Below, one piece after another: positions 37,978 through 51,464 of a stretch of 64,000 bases of DNA (the stretch's first letter is position 1; each line of letters begins with the position of its first letter). The position numbers and the translations under genes were made by a program. The notes under the pieces are model-generated. The model saw nothing but the letters and a program-made list of their open reading frames with translations. It made no database searches and was not told the DNA's origin. The DNA comes from Octopus vulgaris (lineage: Eukaryota), in NCBI GenBank assembly GCA_951406725.2, contig OX597819.1, positions 80,910,001 through 80,974,000 on the forward strand. The letters are read 5' to 3'.

Positions 37978-40040
37978 CGGTGTTTCCCAACGGTTTTTCG
38001 CAAAAATGGATCCTTTACACTTGGTTGCTTACTAACGCCCTCTTCCAAATTCTATCTCTATGCAATAAAACCTGTGGCTGAAATTAAACTTAAAGTAACT
38101 ATATACAATTTTATAACTTTGCGTATAAAGATAGGTTTATTCATATGAATAAAAAAGGAATAATTATGATAGCAAGTATTATTTATTAATATAATTAACA
38201 TCTAAACAATTAATACAGCATACATCGTTTATTAACACGATTACTGTGGTTGAGGAACAGCAGCTAGTTTGCAATATTTAGTTCCAAGTAAGGCGGTGGG
38301 CTGGCAGAAATGTTAGTACACCGGGCGAAATGCTTAGCGGTATTTCGTCTGCCGTTACGTTCTGAGTTTAAATTCCGTCGAGGTCGACTTTGCCTTTCCT
38401 CCTTTCAGGGTCGATTAAATAAGTACCAGTTACGTACTAGGGTCCATATAATCGACTTAATCCGTTTGTCCGTCCTTGTTTGTCCCCTCTATGTTTAGCC
38501 CCTTGTGGGCAATAAAGAAATAAGAAACGTTAGCACGCCAGGCGAAATGCTTATTTGTATTTCGTCAGTCTTTATGTTCTGAGTTCAAATTCCGCTGAGG
38601 TTGACTTTGCCTTTCATCCTTTCAGGATCGATAAACTAAGTACCAGTTGCATACTGGGGTCGCTCTAATCGACTGGCCCCCTCCCCGCAAATTTCGCGCC
38701 TTGTACCTAGAGTAGAAAAAAATATTTGGTTCCAAGTTTTAAAAATGTTCTAAGTCTCTATGCCACACTATTTCCATTCAGTTTGTAGTCTTGGTCAAAA
38801 TTTGATTCACTGCGTTAAACTGCGTTAAAATTTCTTTGTTTCTTGAGAGGAGGATGGGATAAGCACTAATAAAAAAAAAACTTGGCTTCAGTCCAGAATA
38901 TTGGTTTGCAACCATATTTCATACAAATTTATATTTTCAAGTCATTTTTATACTTCATCAATGTGTATATCAAAAGTGATCTCTTGTAAATCGACTTTTT
39001 ATTATATTTTGTACACAAATTGGTATTTTTACCTAGTAATGAATCCTTAGTTTAATCAAGGCATTGAATCTTGCTCGAAATCTCTCAGTTGTAAGTAGAA
39101 TGTAGATCATCAGATTATAATCTGTAAATAATTAATGAAAAGCTTTTCATTGATGGAAACTGAGAAACTCCTTTCTAGTGAGGTTTTACATATGCAATTC
39201 CATTTTGCTTATTAAGTAGTTGACTGCATTCTTCACGTGTGTTGGTTTAAAGTTGAGTTTTCAAATTCATTCTGTCTATCTTAGTAAAATATCAGCTAAG
39301 TAAGCCACATCTTCACAAATAAAGTCGATATCATAAGTGAAAATTCAACAATAGTGTGTGAAGCTAGAAAAAGTGTTTCAAACCGGATCCTTTTTGACAG
39401 CCATCGAACTTATAAGAGTGGAAAAATAGTTTCATAATTGTCATTTTATTCATATGACTTATGGAACGGCCTAATATTTCAGGCCGACCTTGGATTTTGT
39501 TAATAGCGAATTTTACTAATGTTAGGCTTGAAGACAGTACATACTTTTCCATTTATAATACCAGACCTGCTTGGCGATTTGTCACTGTCCCGAACGATAA
39601 TGTATTGTTGAACGGGTATATTTTTCTAATTACTTTTTGATCTTCTTAAGCTTCAAAAACTATTTCTAGAACAGTTTTCAACGATTTCAAATATTTCTTC
39701 GACAGAACACATGAATGAGGTCAATAAAGCTTCTTTGCCTCGTGCACTTGATACATCAAGCTGTAGGCTAAATTCACTTCTAAATTCTATGAACAAGTGA
39801 TTTTCAATTATCTTCGCCTACTTCATCAATCTGACAATAGACAGTATTATTACAGACAGGAACCGGTTTTGAAACATCTGTATCTACTTTCAGTATAGTT
39901 GCAATAATTTCGGAAACTTAGAACATTATTAAAATCTTCCCATTTGTCTGCGATTTATCTTGTCTAACTGTTAGTTGTGATATCTTTTACTAAACAGCGA
40001 GGCAATTGTTAAGTCTTGGATCAGATTTCTAAAAATATAT
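37978..40040 (-). mobile_element. Decayed hAT (Buster/Charlie) transposon
   Basis: TIR cggtgtttcccaac; minus-strand remnants PVCNNTVYCQIDEVGED..FSLQLDVS..EALL resemble Buster/SCAND3-type transposases. Confidence 0.65.
38290..38720 (+). mobile_element. Dimeric SINE family B nested in the hAT
   Basis: Monomer 1 has the Tx1-type tail, monomer 2 the alternative tail; single TSD aatatttagttccaagt/aatatttggttccaagt. Confidence 0.88.
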
Positions 40041-40075
40041 GCGGAGTAGGGCGTTTTCGTTGAAATGCTATTCAG

Positions 40076-40127
<52 letters not shown>

Positions 40128-40129
<2 letters not shown>

Positions 40130-40379
40130 TCGCCGGATATTGCCCCATCTGATTGTCATTTATTCCGCAGTCTTCAAAATCAGTTGGACGGAAAAAATAT
40201 GAATTCTGTAGACGAAGTCACAACAATTCTGGAAGAGTATTTTTCATGACGGACAAGTTAATTTTGTAAGAGTAGCCTTGCAAGTCTACCATATAGATGG
40301 AAGAACATTGTAAAGAATGAAGAAGAGTATATTTTATTTGAAAAATAAAAGTATAAAAGACTGCATTATTTATGAAATG

Positions 40380-40385
<6 letters not shown>
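40128..40385 (+). mobile_element. Mariner 3' fragment
   Basis: YSPDIAPSDCHLFRSLQNQLDGK motif. Confidence 0.8.
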
Positions 40386-40443
<58 letters not shown>

Positions 40444-40668
40444 GTTTATATATTTGTTGTGCAAGAAAGAACTCTGGCCGAAATAAGATTAAGATTAATG
40501 TAAAAAATAAATAACACTGAAGCAAAGTAACACCAAATATATAGTGCGTGTGTTTTTATTGGCTAAACTGGCAAAATGACCATTCCGAAATATAACAATA
40601 TATATATATATATATGTTTGTGTGTGTGTGTATGTATATATATATGTGTGTATGTATATGTATATGTG

Positions 40669-40717
<49 letters not shown>

Positions 40718-40749
40718 AATATGTATATATGTATATATATGTATGTATG

Positions 40750-40805
<56 letters not shown>

Positions 40806-41350
40806 TGAGTGTGTGTGTATACATATAGGAAAAACAGAAGTGGAGTCCAAAAGTCGCAACAGCAGTTTCGGCAATATTTTGTTGACGCACCCTTAGATTA
40901 CATCATGGCAAAATTCCACTATCTTCTGGTAAATTTTAAATAAAGAAACAAGTAAGGCAGAAATGCCAGTTGACTATCTCACCAAACTACATGGAACAAA
41001 TCGTGTTGTGACTACTGAACCACACTTATGTTTTCCTTTTATATACACTCTGTACTGGGGACCACCTCAGGGTTAAAATTACAGTTTGTATTGACTCGAG
41101 TATGAATATACGTATTTGTCTATGTGCATTTGTATTTAGATCGATCTGTAATGGTATACACACATACAACCAGAAAGTAACAACTTTATATTTACTGTTG
41201 TGATAAAGAAAATAAACCAATAAGCTTTTGTAATTATACTTTTGTACATGCGTTTGTACATATACCTATATTATTACAACACCCACTCATCCATGCGTAC
41301 ATACGTAGACATATATAAATGTACGCACACACCCGCGCGTATATATATAT

Positions 41351-41660
41351 AGATCACAGCATACATGTACACTACAACATAATTTCTTTTCCTCAACAGA
41401 CCCTGCCCTATTTAACATTGTCCCGAAAGCGATCAAAAAGGAACAGGATCCCATCAACTTTAAACGAAGTCTGGATAGATTCCTTCAAGGAATACCAGAT
41501 AAGCCACCCATAATTGGATACAACTCACCCAACAAAAACTCACTACTTGAATGGACCATAAATAAAACTTGACTTAAACAGGATTCAAATGATCCTATCA
41601 GGTGGTGCTATTAAGTTAGACATGGCCTGGACCAATCATTGGTCGAAACATATCTAAGTT
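41351..41660 (+). mobile_element. 3' fragment of the CR1-group LINE in (TA)n
   Basis: High identity to 22207-22547. Confidence 0.92.
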
Positions 41661-41689
41661 TATATATATATATATATATATATATTTGC

Positions 41690-41739
<50 letters not shown>

Positions 41740-41748
41740 TTATGTATG

Positions 41749-41834
<86 letters not shown>

Positions 41835-42008
41835 TGTGTATGTGTGTGTGTATATATATATATGTGTGTATTATATAAGATCCAAGGTTCAAGGTGGAGG
41901 AAGATAGTTTCAAGCAATCCGTAGTAAATATGAAAACAACTTTCAGGGAAAATAGTGATTTATTGAGACGGAATGCTGGGGATTTTTTCCCTATATATAT
42001 ATATATAT

Positions 42009-42410
42009 ACTTTTACTTGTTTCAGTCATTTTGACTGCGGCCATGCTGGAGCACCGCCTTTAGTCGAGCAAATCGACCACAGGACTTATTCTTTGTAAGC
42101 CTAGGACTTATTCTATCGGTCTCTTTTGCCGAACCGCTAAGTTACGGGGACGTAAACACAACTGCATCGGTTGTCAAGCGATGTTAGGGTGACAAACACA
42201 CACACACACACACAAACACACACAAACACATATATATATATATATACATACATATATACGACGGGCTTCTTTTCAGTTTCCAAATCCACTCACAAGACTT
42301 TCGTCGGCCCGAGGCTATAGTAAAAGACACTTGCCCTAGGTGTTACGCAGTGAGACTGAACCCGGAACCATGTGGTTGGTAAGCAAGCTACTTACCACAC
42401 AGCCACTCCT

Positions 42411-42414
<4 letters not shown>
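42009..42414 (-). mobile_element. SINE family A, full length
   Basis: Matches the family A copies. Confidence 0.9.
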
Positions 42415-42462
<48 letters not shown>

Positions 42463-42500
42463 TTTATTTACTATATATACTATATTTACTATACATATAC

Positions 42501-42567
<67 letters not shown>

Positions 42568-42667
42568 CATTGTGTGTGTATAAGGATGAAAAAGAACACA
42601 CGAGTTGATATATATGAAAAAATAAGTCAAAATAGAAAATGCTAAAATAATTTTATAAAGAACATTT

Positions 42668-42705
42668 CAGTACCGGTTTCAGTCATTTTGAGACCTTTTC
42701 AACTG
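42668..42705 (-). ncRNA. Minimal hammerhead ribozyme, U3-A8 variant
   Basis: Minus strand: cag-TTGAAAA-GGTCtcaaaatGACT-GAAA-CCGG-TA-ctg. Confidence 0.7.
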
Positions 42706-42931
42706 TATCGATGAAATAATTAAATTTAGAAAAGTTAAAAGAAATGTTTTTTTAAAGGAATATTTGTATAGTGTTCAAATATAAGTGGCATTTTCCTTGT
42801 TTCTGCCTTGCTCTGTCTCTGTCTTTCAAGGCAGAAACAAGGAAAATGCCACTTATATTTGAACACTATACAAATATCCCTTTAAAAAAACATTTCTTTT
42901 AATTTTTCTAAATTTAATTATTTAATCGTTA

Positions 42932-42969
42932 CAGTTGAAAAGGTCTCAAAATGACTGAAACCGGTACTG
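42932..42969 (+). ncRNA. Minimal hammerhead ribozyme, U3-A8 variant
   Basis: cag-TTGAAAA-GGTCtcaaaatGACT-GAAA-CCGG-TA-ctg. Confidence 0.7.
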
Positions 42970-43017
42970 AAATGTTCTTTATAAAATTATTTTAGCATTT
43001 TTTATTTTGACTTATTT

Positions 43018-43078
<61 letters not shown>

Positions 43079-43347
43079 TATATAAGTTCCAAGCATTTTT
43101 ACTCCCTCCCCTTACTTAGCGGTCATTCTAATAGCTCTTTTGTCTTAATAACGGTCAATCACACTGTAATTTCCCTTTGTTTTAACAGTCATGTTCATAG
43201 CATTTTTGTACAAGAATAATAAATTTGTATCTACAAAAGTATACAGTAACCTTTCAGATTAGTGTAAAATTTGTAAAATTGTTTTTATTATGACTGAACT
43301 TAAAGACAAATTATTAATATATTTATATACACCTTTTATCTTTCATA

Positions 43348-43386
<39 letters not shown>

Positions 43387-43389
43387 TAT

Positions 43390-44640
43390 ACCAGCCTGTT
43401 TCCGGAAAAGCACTCCTAGCGGTCAACGATCAGCCTTTCCAAACTATAGAGAGATTCACCTACCTTTAGAGTACACTGTTAAGGAGTGCTCACATTGATG
43501 ATGAAACGAACGCAAGGATAGCATAAGTTAACTCTGTCTTTGGACGTCATCGTTACAAGGTTTGGGAAAGACCACGTCTGATGTGTACAAAGCTGATGTA
43601 ATGACAACGATATTTTATTGATGTGAAACCCAAACAGTTCACTAAGGTCATGCAAAAAACTTCATCACATTCTCCTACTATCATGCCCGTCGCTAAGGGT
43701 TTGCAATGGACGGCATTAGACAGCACTACAATTCAATGGTGCTTACAATTCAATGGTGCTCCCTTAGATTTACAGTGATATACCTATTTCAAAACCCCTC
43801 TTTGGCTTTATTACAAATTAGTCTCCACCTAGAATATTCTGAAGCACCTCAAGGCATCAATGTCTAGCAACAGACCTGCCTGATATGCTTACAAAAACTT
43901 GTCCTCATCAAGTGGAAAGATAAAATTCATAATAATGCTGTGCTAGAGAGCCAGTACGCTAAGCATATATAAGGCGGGGAGCAGGTAGAATCATTAGCAC
44001 GGCATGCAAAAAATGCTTAGCGGCATTTCATCCGTCATTTCATTCTGGTTCAGAATCTGCTGGGTTCGTCTTTTTGGGGTCGAGAAAATGAGCACCAGTT
44101 GTGCGCTGGGGTCGATGTAATCGACTTACTCCCTCCTGCAGGACTTGCTGGCCAATTGCTAAAATTTCAAACCAATATTTCAAGTATGTGTTTTTTTTCT
44201 AAATAAATTACAACTGCATGTGGACATGTAGTGTGGACATGTAGTGCGCATGCCCGACCCAGACTCACTGAATAAATTGTCTTTGGCTAACTATTGTTGG
44301 CTCTCGGTGATGTAGTAGACCAAAGAGAAGATGCAAAGTCTCTCTCAATGCAAGCTTGAGATAATGTAATTTACAACAATCTGCTTGGGAATATTTTGCT
44401 CAAGGTTGTTTACATAGTACTCAGTACTTTGGAGTACAGTACACAAAACCAGGAATGAGCAGAAAAACTAAAGAGAAGAGAACTGAGCGGAATACGAGAA
44501 TCAAGACCCATAGGGTCCTGATGCGATTTTGTTTTTGTTCCACTGTTGCTCCGCCAATACTGGTTTAATAAGATACCTCAGGACCCACAAACAGTAAAGT
44601 TACTAGTCTTGTTATTTTCAGTAATTTGGTACGATCGTTT
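43390..44640 (+). mobile_element. Decayed RTE-clade LINE 3' part with nested SINE B (~43971-44175)
   Basis: VNDQPFQTIERFTYL*STL..IDDETNARIA..FGR and GHVVRMP remnants. Confidence 0.7.
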
Positions 44641-45055
44641 CACGCTACATCATTTTATTAAATATTGTAAATATTACAACAGTTTTAAAATGTTGAGCAA
44701 TCATCAGCCATTAACAGAAGTTTACCATTAATACACAATTTTCATATTAATTGATAACATTATAGAGAAGGTAGATATACAGACAAAGATGTTGAATTGA
44801 ATTTTAAGAACATTGAGGTAGTAGAGCTTATCTTATGACTGAAGAGTCCTTTAAGTTATTTTGAACTGCTAGAAGGTGGCGAGGCACATTCAGTTGAAGG
44901 AGACAAAAGGGGTTTTCTATTTCTAGAAATGGGGTTAAGTAAATGTCAGAAATTATTCATTAAGAAATAAAAGTGGAGAGGGAGTTATAATGCCCTAGGA
45001 GCTATTTACTACTATTTGGTATAGGACTGTCATTCATGGTCATTCATGGCCGAAG

Positions 45056-45109
<54 letters not shown>

Positions 45110-45130
45110 CGAAGGGGGTTTATATATATA

Positions 45131-45425
45131 TGAATGACCATAGGACTGTACCTAGAAAGTTCCCCTCCGAAGCACAAGTCTGGGCAAGGTTGCTTATGGA
45201 AGACCAGCAGTCGTCCATGCATACCACCCTCCGCTCTCCATGCCTCATGTGTTATCCAAGGAAAAAATCAAAGGCTAATTCGGCTTGGCACCAGTAACGT
45301 CGCAACGCATTTCTACAGCTGAGTGAACTGGAGCAGCGTGAAGTAAAGTGTCGTGTTCAAGAACACAACACACAGTCCGTCCAGAAATCGAACACTCTAA
45401 CCACTGAGCCATTCGCTTTCACACA
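45131..45425 (-). mobile_element. SINE family C
   Basis: Homologous to 30319-30650. Confidence 0.75.
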
Positions 45426-45559
45426 ACACCCATTCGCCCTCACATAATATATATGTATATATATATATATATATATACATATACACATGTGCATGGGTGA
45501 ATGATAGATAACAGAATGAACAACATTCTTTACAATACATACATATACATATATACATA

Positions 45560-46149
45560 CTAGCTGAATAGCCCGTCTTTACCAGTCAATTTTTACAACA
45601 GAATGTCAGATATAAATTTTTATTCATTCCATGTCAGGGTATGCCTTCTCCGAGAGATAGGCCAGATTTATGCAATTTTTCGCCAAAAATCTTCGTTGAA
45701 GACCTTTTTTTCCTTTTTGAATTATTTACATATGTCTTCGACTGTTTCACATGACTTTATTCATTAAAACTTCAGAAGTTCTTACAACTTTGGTCATCGT
45801 AATGCTTTGCTTTGGTTTGTTTAATAAAAATTCATCATCCTAATAATTTTGTTTTCATTTCCTGATAGAGAGCTATCATGCGGAAAATGCCAGCTTCCAA
45901 ATCTTGTTTTCTGATTAGGTAAAATTGATTAAAATTTAAACTTCAGCAACATTTCTAGAACAAATAACAAAATCGGATTTAACATGGAAAATGATTTCAA
46001 TATACCAAATTTGGAAATTTTGACGTAATTTTAAAATCTTACAATATGTGACAACAACAGGGAAGACCCTAAAAAAGTAGAGATAGTCAGTTATAGGACA
46101 TCACACACATACACGCACGCACACACACACACACGCACACACACACACA

Positions 46150-46188
<39 letters not shown>

Positions 46189-47075
46189 ACACACACACAC
46201 ACACGCACATTTACAAACGTACACATAGGTAACCACGTGTTTAAAATGGTGTGTAGTAGACATATGTATGTATGTCATTATTCAGTTTATTTCAAGATTT
46301 CTTGCCAATAGAGAAAGAACCGGTTTCTAACCTAGATCCAAGGTTCCTTTATTTGAATTTCAACATCAACAACAGGGTATTTTTGTGTGTATATATGTAT
46401 GTTTGTATGTATGTATATATGTATGTATATATGTATGTATATATATATGTATGTATATATGTATGTATAAATATGTATGTACGTGTGTGTACATGTGTAA
46501 GTGTTTCTTTGTGATGGACAGCAGAAAAGTCACCTACCCCGTCTCTCCTGAAAGCTACGTATTCCTCACATCTGCTTTCTCTGCGTGTGTGTGCTTGTGT
46601 GCGTGCGCACATTGTGCATCTATGTATTTACGAAAGAATGTAATCAGCGTCGCGTGTATATGACAGCTGTAGTAACGTTATCATTTCATTCTCACCGTTG
46701 TTCTTACCTTTACTGATAGAAGACACACACACACACACACTCTCTCTCTCTCTCTATTACTACCTTATCTGATAGCTATAGTAACGTTAGTATCCCGTTC
46801 ACACCGCTGATAGAGTTCACCCTCTCTTTTTATTACTACTGCCTCTTCGTCAGACTAATACTTTTTGCAACTTTCTCATTTTATTATATAACTCGCCCAA
46901 CACCCTTGGAGCACTTTATAGACTTTTATTGGAATCCAATTAGCCTATTATTGAACTTGACGTTAGTGTAACATATATGGACAGTTTCGTGAACATTGGT
47001 CTGCTGGTTTAGGCACTAAGATGGTAACGGACTGATAGACAGACAGAAATTGCCATTTATATATATATATATATA
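45560..47075 (-). mobile_element. Helitron-like element
   Basis: CTAG end at 45560; far end gacagacagaaattgccatttata is the reverse complement of the 8136 element start. Confidence 0.55.
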
Positions 47076-47904
47076 TATTGATGTATCTGTATGTGAATGT
47101 GTTTATGTATGTGTGTCTATGTGTGCCTGTGTGTGTATGCTTGAATGAGTGCGTGTGTGTGTGTAAATGTGTGTGTGCATAAATGATTACATATGTTTAT
47201 AACTCATAAGTTACTTTGCATTATTTAATTTCCAGCTAATTAAATTTGCTTCTGTTTGTTCCTCGGTTTCGCATCGTGATAGCAAAACGTATATAATATC
47301 CAAAATGTGACATTTCGTCGGGAAAACAATTTGTTTCCATTTGTTCTCTGATAAAATATTTCAGACAATTAACTTTAACTAATGCTTCTTGAATACTAAT
47401 AGAAGTCTTTCTTTAAAGGAAATTCAAATATTCTTAATCTATCTTTTATTTATCCACCTTTTTTTTTTTTTACCTTTTTACTAAATTTGATCATATGAAA
47501 ATTTATTTCTTTTTAATAATTTTCAATTATCAATATTTCATGAGGAAACTTTTCAGTTACTGAAATGAAATGCTAATTTTGTTTTTAATCTTTCTTTTCA
47601 GAAGATACGGTACTGTTCGTATGATCTCCGAAACTACTGTGAAAGAGAGAGGAGAAGGGAAAGAGAGGGTATCTTCAAATCGAGGACCTACCTTGAATGC
47701 TTGCAATAGAGCGGGCTCCGCTAAAGGTGCCAAGATACTAGGTGATGATTTTAAATTGCTTACGCTCGTAGCCATAGTGGGATTAGAACTCAGAACAAAA
47801 AGCCGGAGCTAATACCGCAAGTCATATGATTCGATGTTCTTACAGTTCCGCCAGTCCAAAGCTTTAGTTTTGTACAATTTTATCGATTCCAAAGGGATGA
47901 AAAA

Positions 47905-48272
47905 CAAGGTTGACTTTGGAGGTAAAGTTGACTTAGGAGGTAAACTGACCGGGAGGTAAACTTGACCCCCCCCTGGCGAAGTTGACATCGGAGACAAAGT
48001 TTGCCCTAGTGGGAAAATTGACCGTGGAGGCAAATTGATCCGGAAGTAAAGTTGACGTCGGAGGCAAAGTTGACTTCGGAGGTAAAGTTGACCTTGGAGG
48101 CAAAGTTGTCCTCGAACCACAAGTAAATTAGACCCACAAGTAAATTAGACCCATAGGCAAAGTTGACTCTGGAGACAAATTAATCCGGAGTAAAGTTGAC
48201 CACGGAGGCAAAGTTAATCTACAGGCAAAGTTGACCCACAAGCAAAGCTGACCTACAGACAAAGCTGACCTA
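47905..48272. repeat. ~19-20-bp minisatellite (ggaggyaaagttgacc..)
   Basis: About 18 degenerate units directly continuing a SINE B remnant. Confidence 0.85.
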
Positions 48273-49159
48273 GGTAGAAAAAAAAAGATTAAAAATGAAT
48301 TGACATTGGACGATACATGTATAAAATTAACAATATCAAACTATCAACAAATAGCACGTTTATCCTTCTTAAACATGCTAATGGTCATTTCATGTGCCTT
48401 GATTTTTACATTATCAAAGGCATTTGGGGTTCAAGATTAAAAGTAGCTTTCAGAGCCCGAGTAACAATATTTCCAGGAATTTCTGAGTCATTACTTAACT
48501 GTATTTTTTTCCTACAATCTATTTAAACATTTCAAATATGCAATGAAGACATAACAGATGTTTGCTTTCAGTGACTCATAGCATATCTATAAAGAAATCA
48601 TAGAAAAGGAAGTAGGGCAATTTACCTCTATAGTTGCATTTAAGCGAGTATGATTTATGCAAAAGATCAGTCGTGTAAGGCTATCATAATAATGTTCTTG
48701 ATAAGGAACCGCTAGTCATCAGAATAATAACAGATACGTAAAGGATTCCTTATTAAGGGATGAATTTATCATTGAAACCATCCCCAGTGATGACACGAAC
48801 ACATCTATCTCACACGAGGTCAAAGGTCTAAGTGCTTTATAAATCTCAACCAACGCACCAACTACTCTAATAAACATTAAAAAACACAGAAAAGTAACGG
48901 AAATAGAAAATTCTTGACCGTTGATCAATCAAAGTTCTTGTTAACTATTGACATTTCCGAAAGTTAAAAAATACGTTTTCCTCTTCTCTCTGTACCCTCT
49001 GAAAAATTCAAATTTGGATTCCAATAAAAGAAACTTCGATCTTTAGAAAATTCGGTCATGAACAACAAAACATATAGGCGCCGGTGTGGCTGTGTGGTAA
49101 TAAGTTTGCTTGCTAACCACATGGTTCTGGGTCGTCATCGTCGTAAATCATTACCTTAC

Positions 49160-49620
49160 AAGATATCAACTGGAACACACATTAAGCAAGACAAGCTGAT
49201 AGACTTACAACTCGCCACACAGAATGCCGGGTTACTAATAGCCAACGTTGAGTTTGGTTCGAGCCGGGTTAGCCAAATGGATAGGAACCTCAAATTATGA
49301 GCTGTGTGACCACTCTCGTCCAGAAAAAGGCTGAGCTGACGCTATTCAATGAAAGTTAGCAAACGCTTCCTCTGGTATATAATGCTCCCTTGGCTGTCGT
49401 GCTTTCTCTAAGCTATTATCAGTTTAGAATGGCATGTCTACTTTTTCATTTCTAATAGAAGGGGCACGTTCCACTAGTCAGAAGATTCGTGTATTACCAG
49501 CGACCTCAGTATGGAAGGACGAATTTGACATGGCTGATGATGTGCAGGCCTGTAATGAAGCTACGGCATTGGCAGAGAATACTGGACGTTGAACAGGCCT
49601 GGTTGTCATTTGTCTGACAT
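49160..49620 (+). mobile_element. Possible highly decayed RTE-like LINE
   Basis: Weak similarity to RTE C-terminal motifs; many stops. Confidence 0.3.
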
Positions 49621-50401
49621 GTCTTGGGTTTCTGGTATCTGGAATGTTGTCAAGTATTCACTGTTCTCTAACATTGCCCGACTGCAGCCGGTGATATTTC
49701 AATTGTTGTGTTCTGTAAGACGATGATGTTCTCGGGGGGAAAAGACTCTGGGATTTAAAGAATATCAACTAAGCTAGAAAACTTTCAGCCCAGGTACAAA
49801 GAACTACTTCCAGAAATGGAAGGGAGCATCATTAATCTACAGTCATCGAAAAGCAATCAGTTGATTTTCATTAATTTTCACTCTCATTTACTTTCTGAAC
49901 ATTGCTGACTTGTTGCATGGAGTACAGATTTGGTTATCATCTGAGTTCGCACAGTTTTCCACTGTCTCATGGAAACGGCGAAAGAATTCGATGGGAAAAA
50001 AAATTGAAATTCTGAGGGCAAATACTTTTCTTTTCGGCCAAACCGGAACCAACGTTTTCAAGTAACATTTATATAAGAAAGTAAGTGTAGAATAGGGGAT
50101 GCTTCCGCCCAGTTGTTGTAGGCTGAATATGACTCCCGTGAATGAAATTACCTGTCGGCTGGAAGAGGCACTTGCCTTTAGTATTCAAGATAATTAGGAT
50201 CTGCAAAGTTCCTTAATTAACCCGAAGTAACTGACCGTTATTGAAACGTTTTATTTAATGCCTTTCGCATGTTTTTCTATTTTTTCTATCATTATTTCCA
50301 CGCCCCTCTCCTCATAATGGACTGTGCGCAAATCTCCACTGTTTTTGTCGTTTCGTCTTGTAAGGTATCTGTATATGTTGCTATCGTCGAAAGTATCAGA
50401 A

Positions 50402-50466
<65 letters not shown>

Positions 50467-50530
50467 CACTACCACTACCACCACCACCACTACTACAACC
50501 ACCACCACCACCACCACCACTACTACTATT
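50402..50530. repeat. (CTA)n/(CCA)n microsatellite
   Basis: Direct inspection. Confidence 0.95.
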
Positions 50531-50938
50531 AGTAGTCGCTGAATGATAATGAAATTCACACATTCGATTCTCAATCTGCGTCAAATTTTCTTTTGTATTC
50601 CTTAATCGATTAATAACACTTACTTAAATTTAGGACATAACTACAGAATCGTGCCCCACAATCTTTTTTTTTTTTTTTTGCCTCATGGCCCTCTAAAAAT
50701 GGATATTTTAACAATAAAATTATCTAAAATCGTGCTTCAGAGAATATAGATTACAATTACATGGGAACTTATTACGAAAAAAATTTTTTTACGGCGTGGA
50801 AAAAAGAGATTCAGATAATTCACACGTCTTGAATTTGTTTATAAGTTTCAGGAGAATGGGAATTTTTTTAATGACATTTTCTACAAATATCTTTCAGAAG
50901 TATATTACGAATTTAATGTAAATTATTATCATTAACAT

Positions 50939-51202
50939 AGGCGCAGGTGTGACTGCATGGTAAGAAGCTTGCTTCCCAATCACATGGTCCCGGGTTCAGT
51001 CCCACGGCGTGGTAACTTGGGAAATTGTCTTCTACTATAACTTCAGGCCGACCAAAGCCTTGTGAGTAGAATTGGTAGACGGAAACTGGAAGAAGCCCGT
51101 CATAAATATATATATATATATGTGTGTGTGTGTGTATATGTATATATATATATATATAAAGTTAATCCAAACAAGAAAACAAAAAGACAACAACGCAAGG
51201 AT

Positions 51203-51266
<64 letters not shown>

Positions 51267-51452
51267 TATATTTGTGCCTGTCTTTGTCCCGCCTGGTGTG
51301 TTTATGTCTCCGTAACTTAGCGGCTCGGCAAAAGAGATCGATAGAATAATGACTAACTTTATAAAGTATAAGTTTTGGGGTCGATTTGTTCGACTAAAGG
51401 CGGTGCTCCAGCGTGGCTGCAGTCAAATGACTGAAACAAGTAAAAGAATAAA
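50939..51452 (+). mobile_element. SINE family A with a Penelope-like scrap in its TA spacer
   Basis: Head aggcgcaggtgtgactgc, tail cagtcaaatgactgaaac; 51158-51206 matches 34067-34120. Confidence 0.8.
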
Positions 51453-51464
51453 TTGTCCTCATTA

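Larger units (their letters stand above)
42577..43025. mobile_element. Penelope-like near-perfect fold-back (arms ~42608-42810 / ~42827-43025)
   Basis: ~200-bp inverted arms with a ~16-nt loop; same family as 10374-11035. Confidence 0.8.

Noticed and set aside
40855-40935. Minus-strand CAGAAGA...GAAACTGCTGTT hammerhead-like motif
   Set aside because: Core and stems too degenerate to support
47905-48272. CRISPR-like appearance of short repeats
   Set aside because: Tandem units with no unique spacers, eukaryotic context, no cas genes; derived from a SINE
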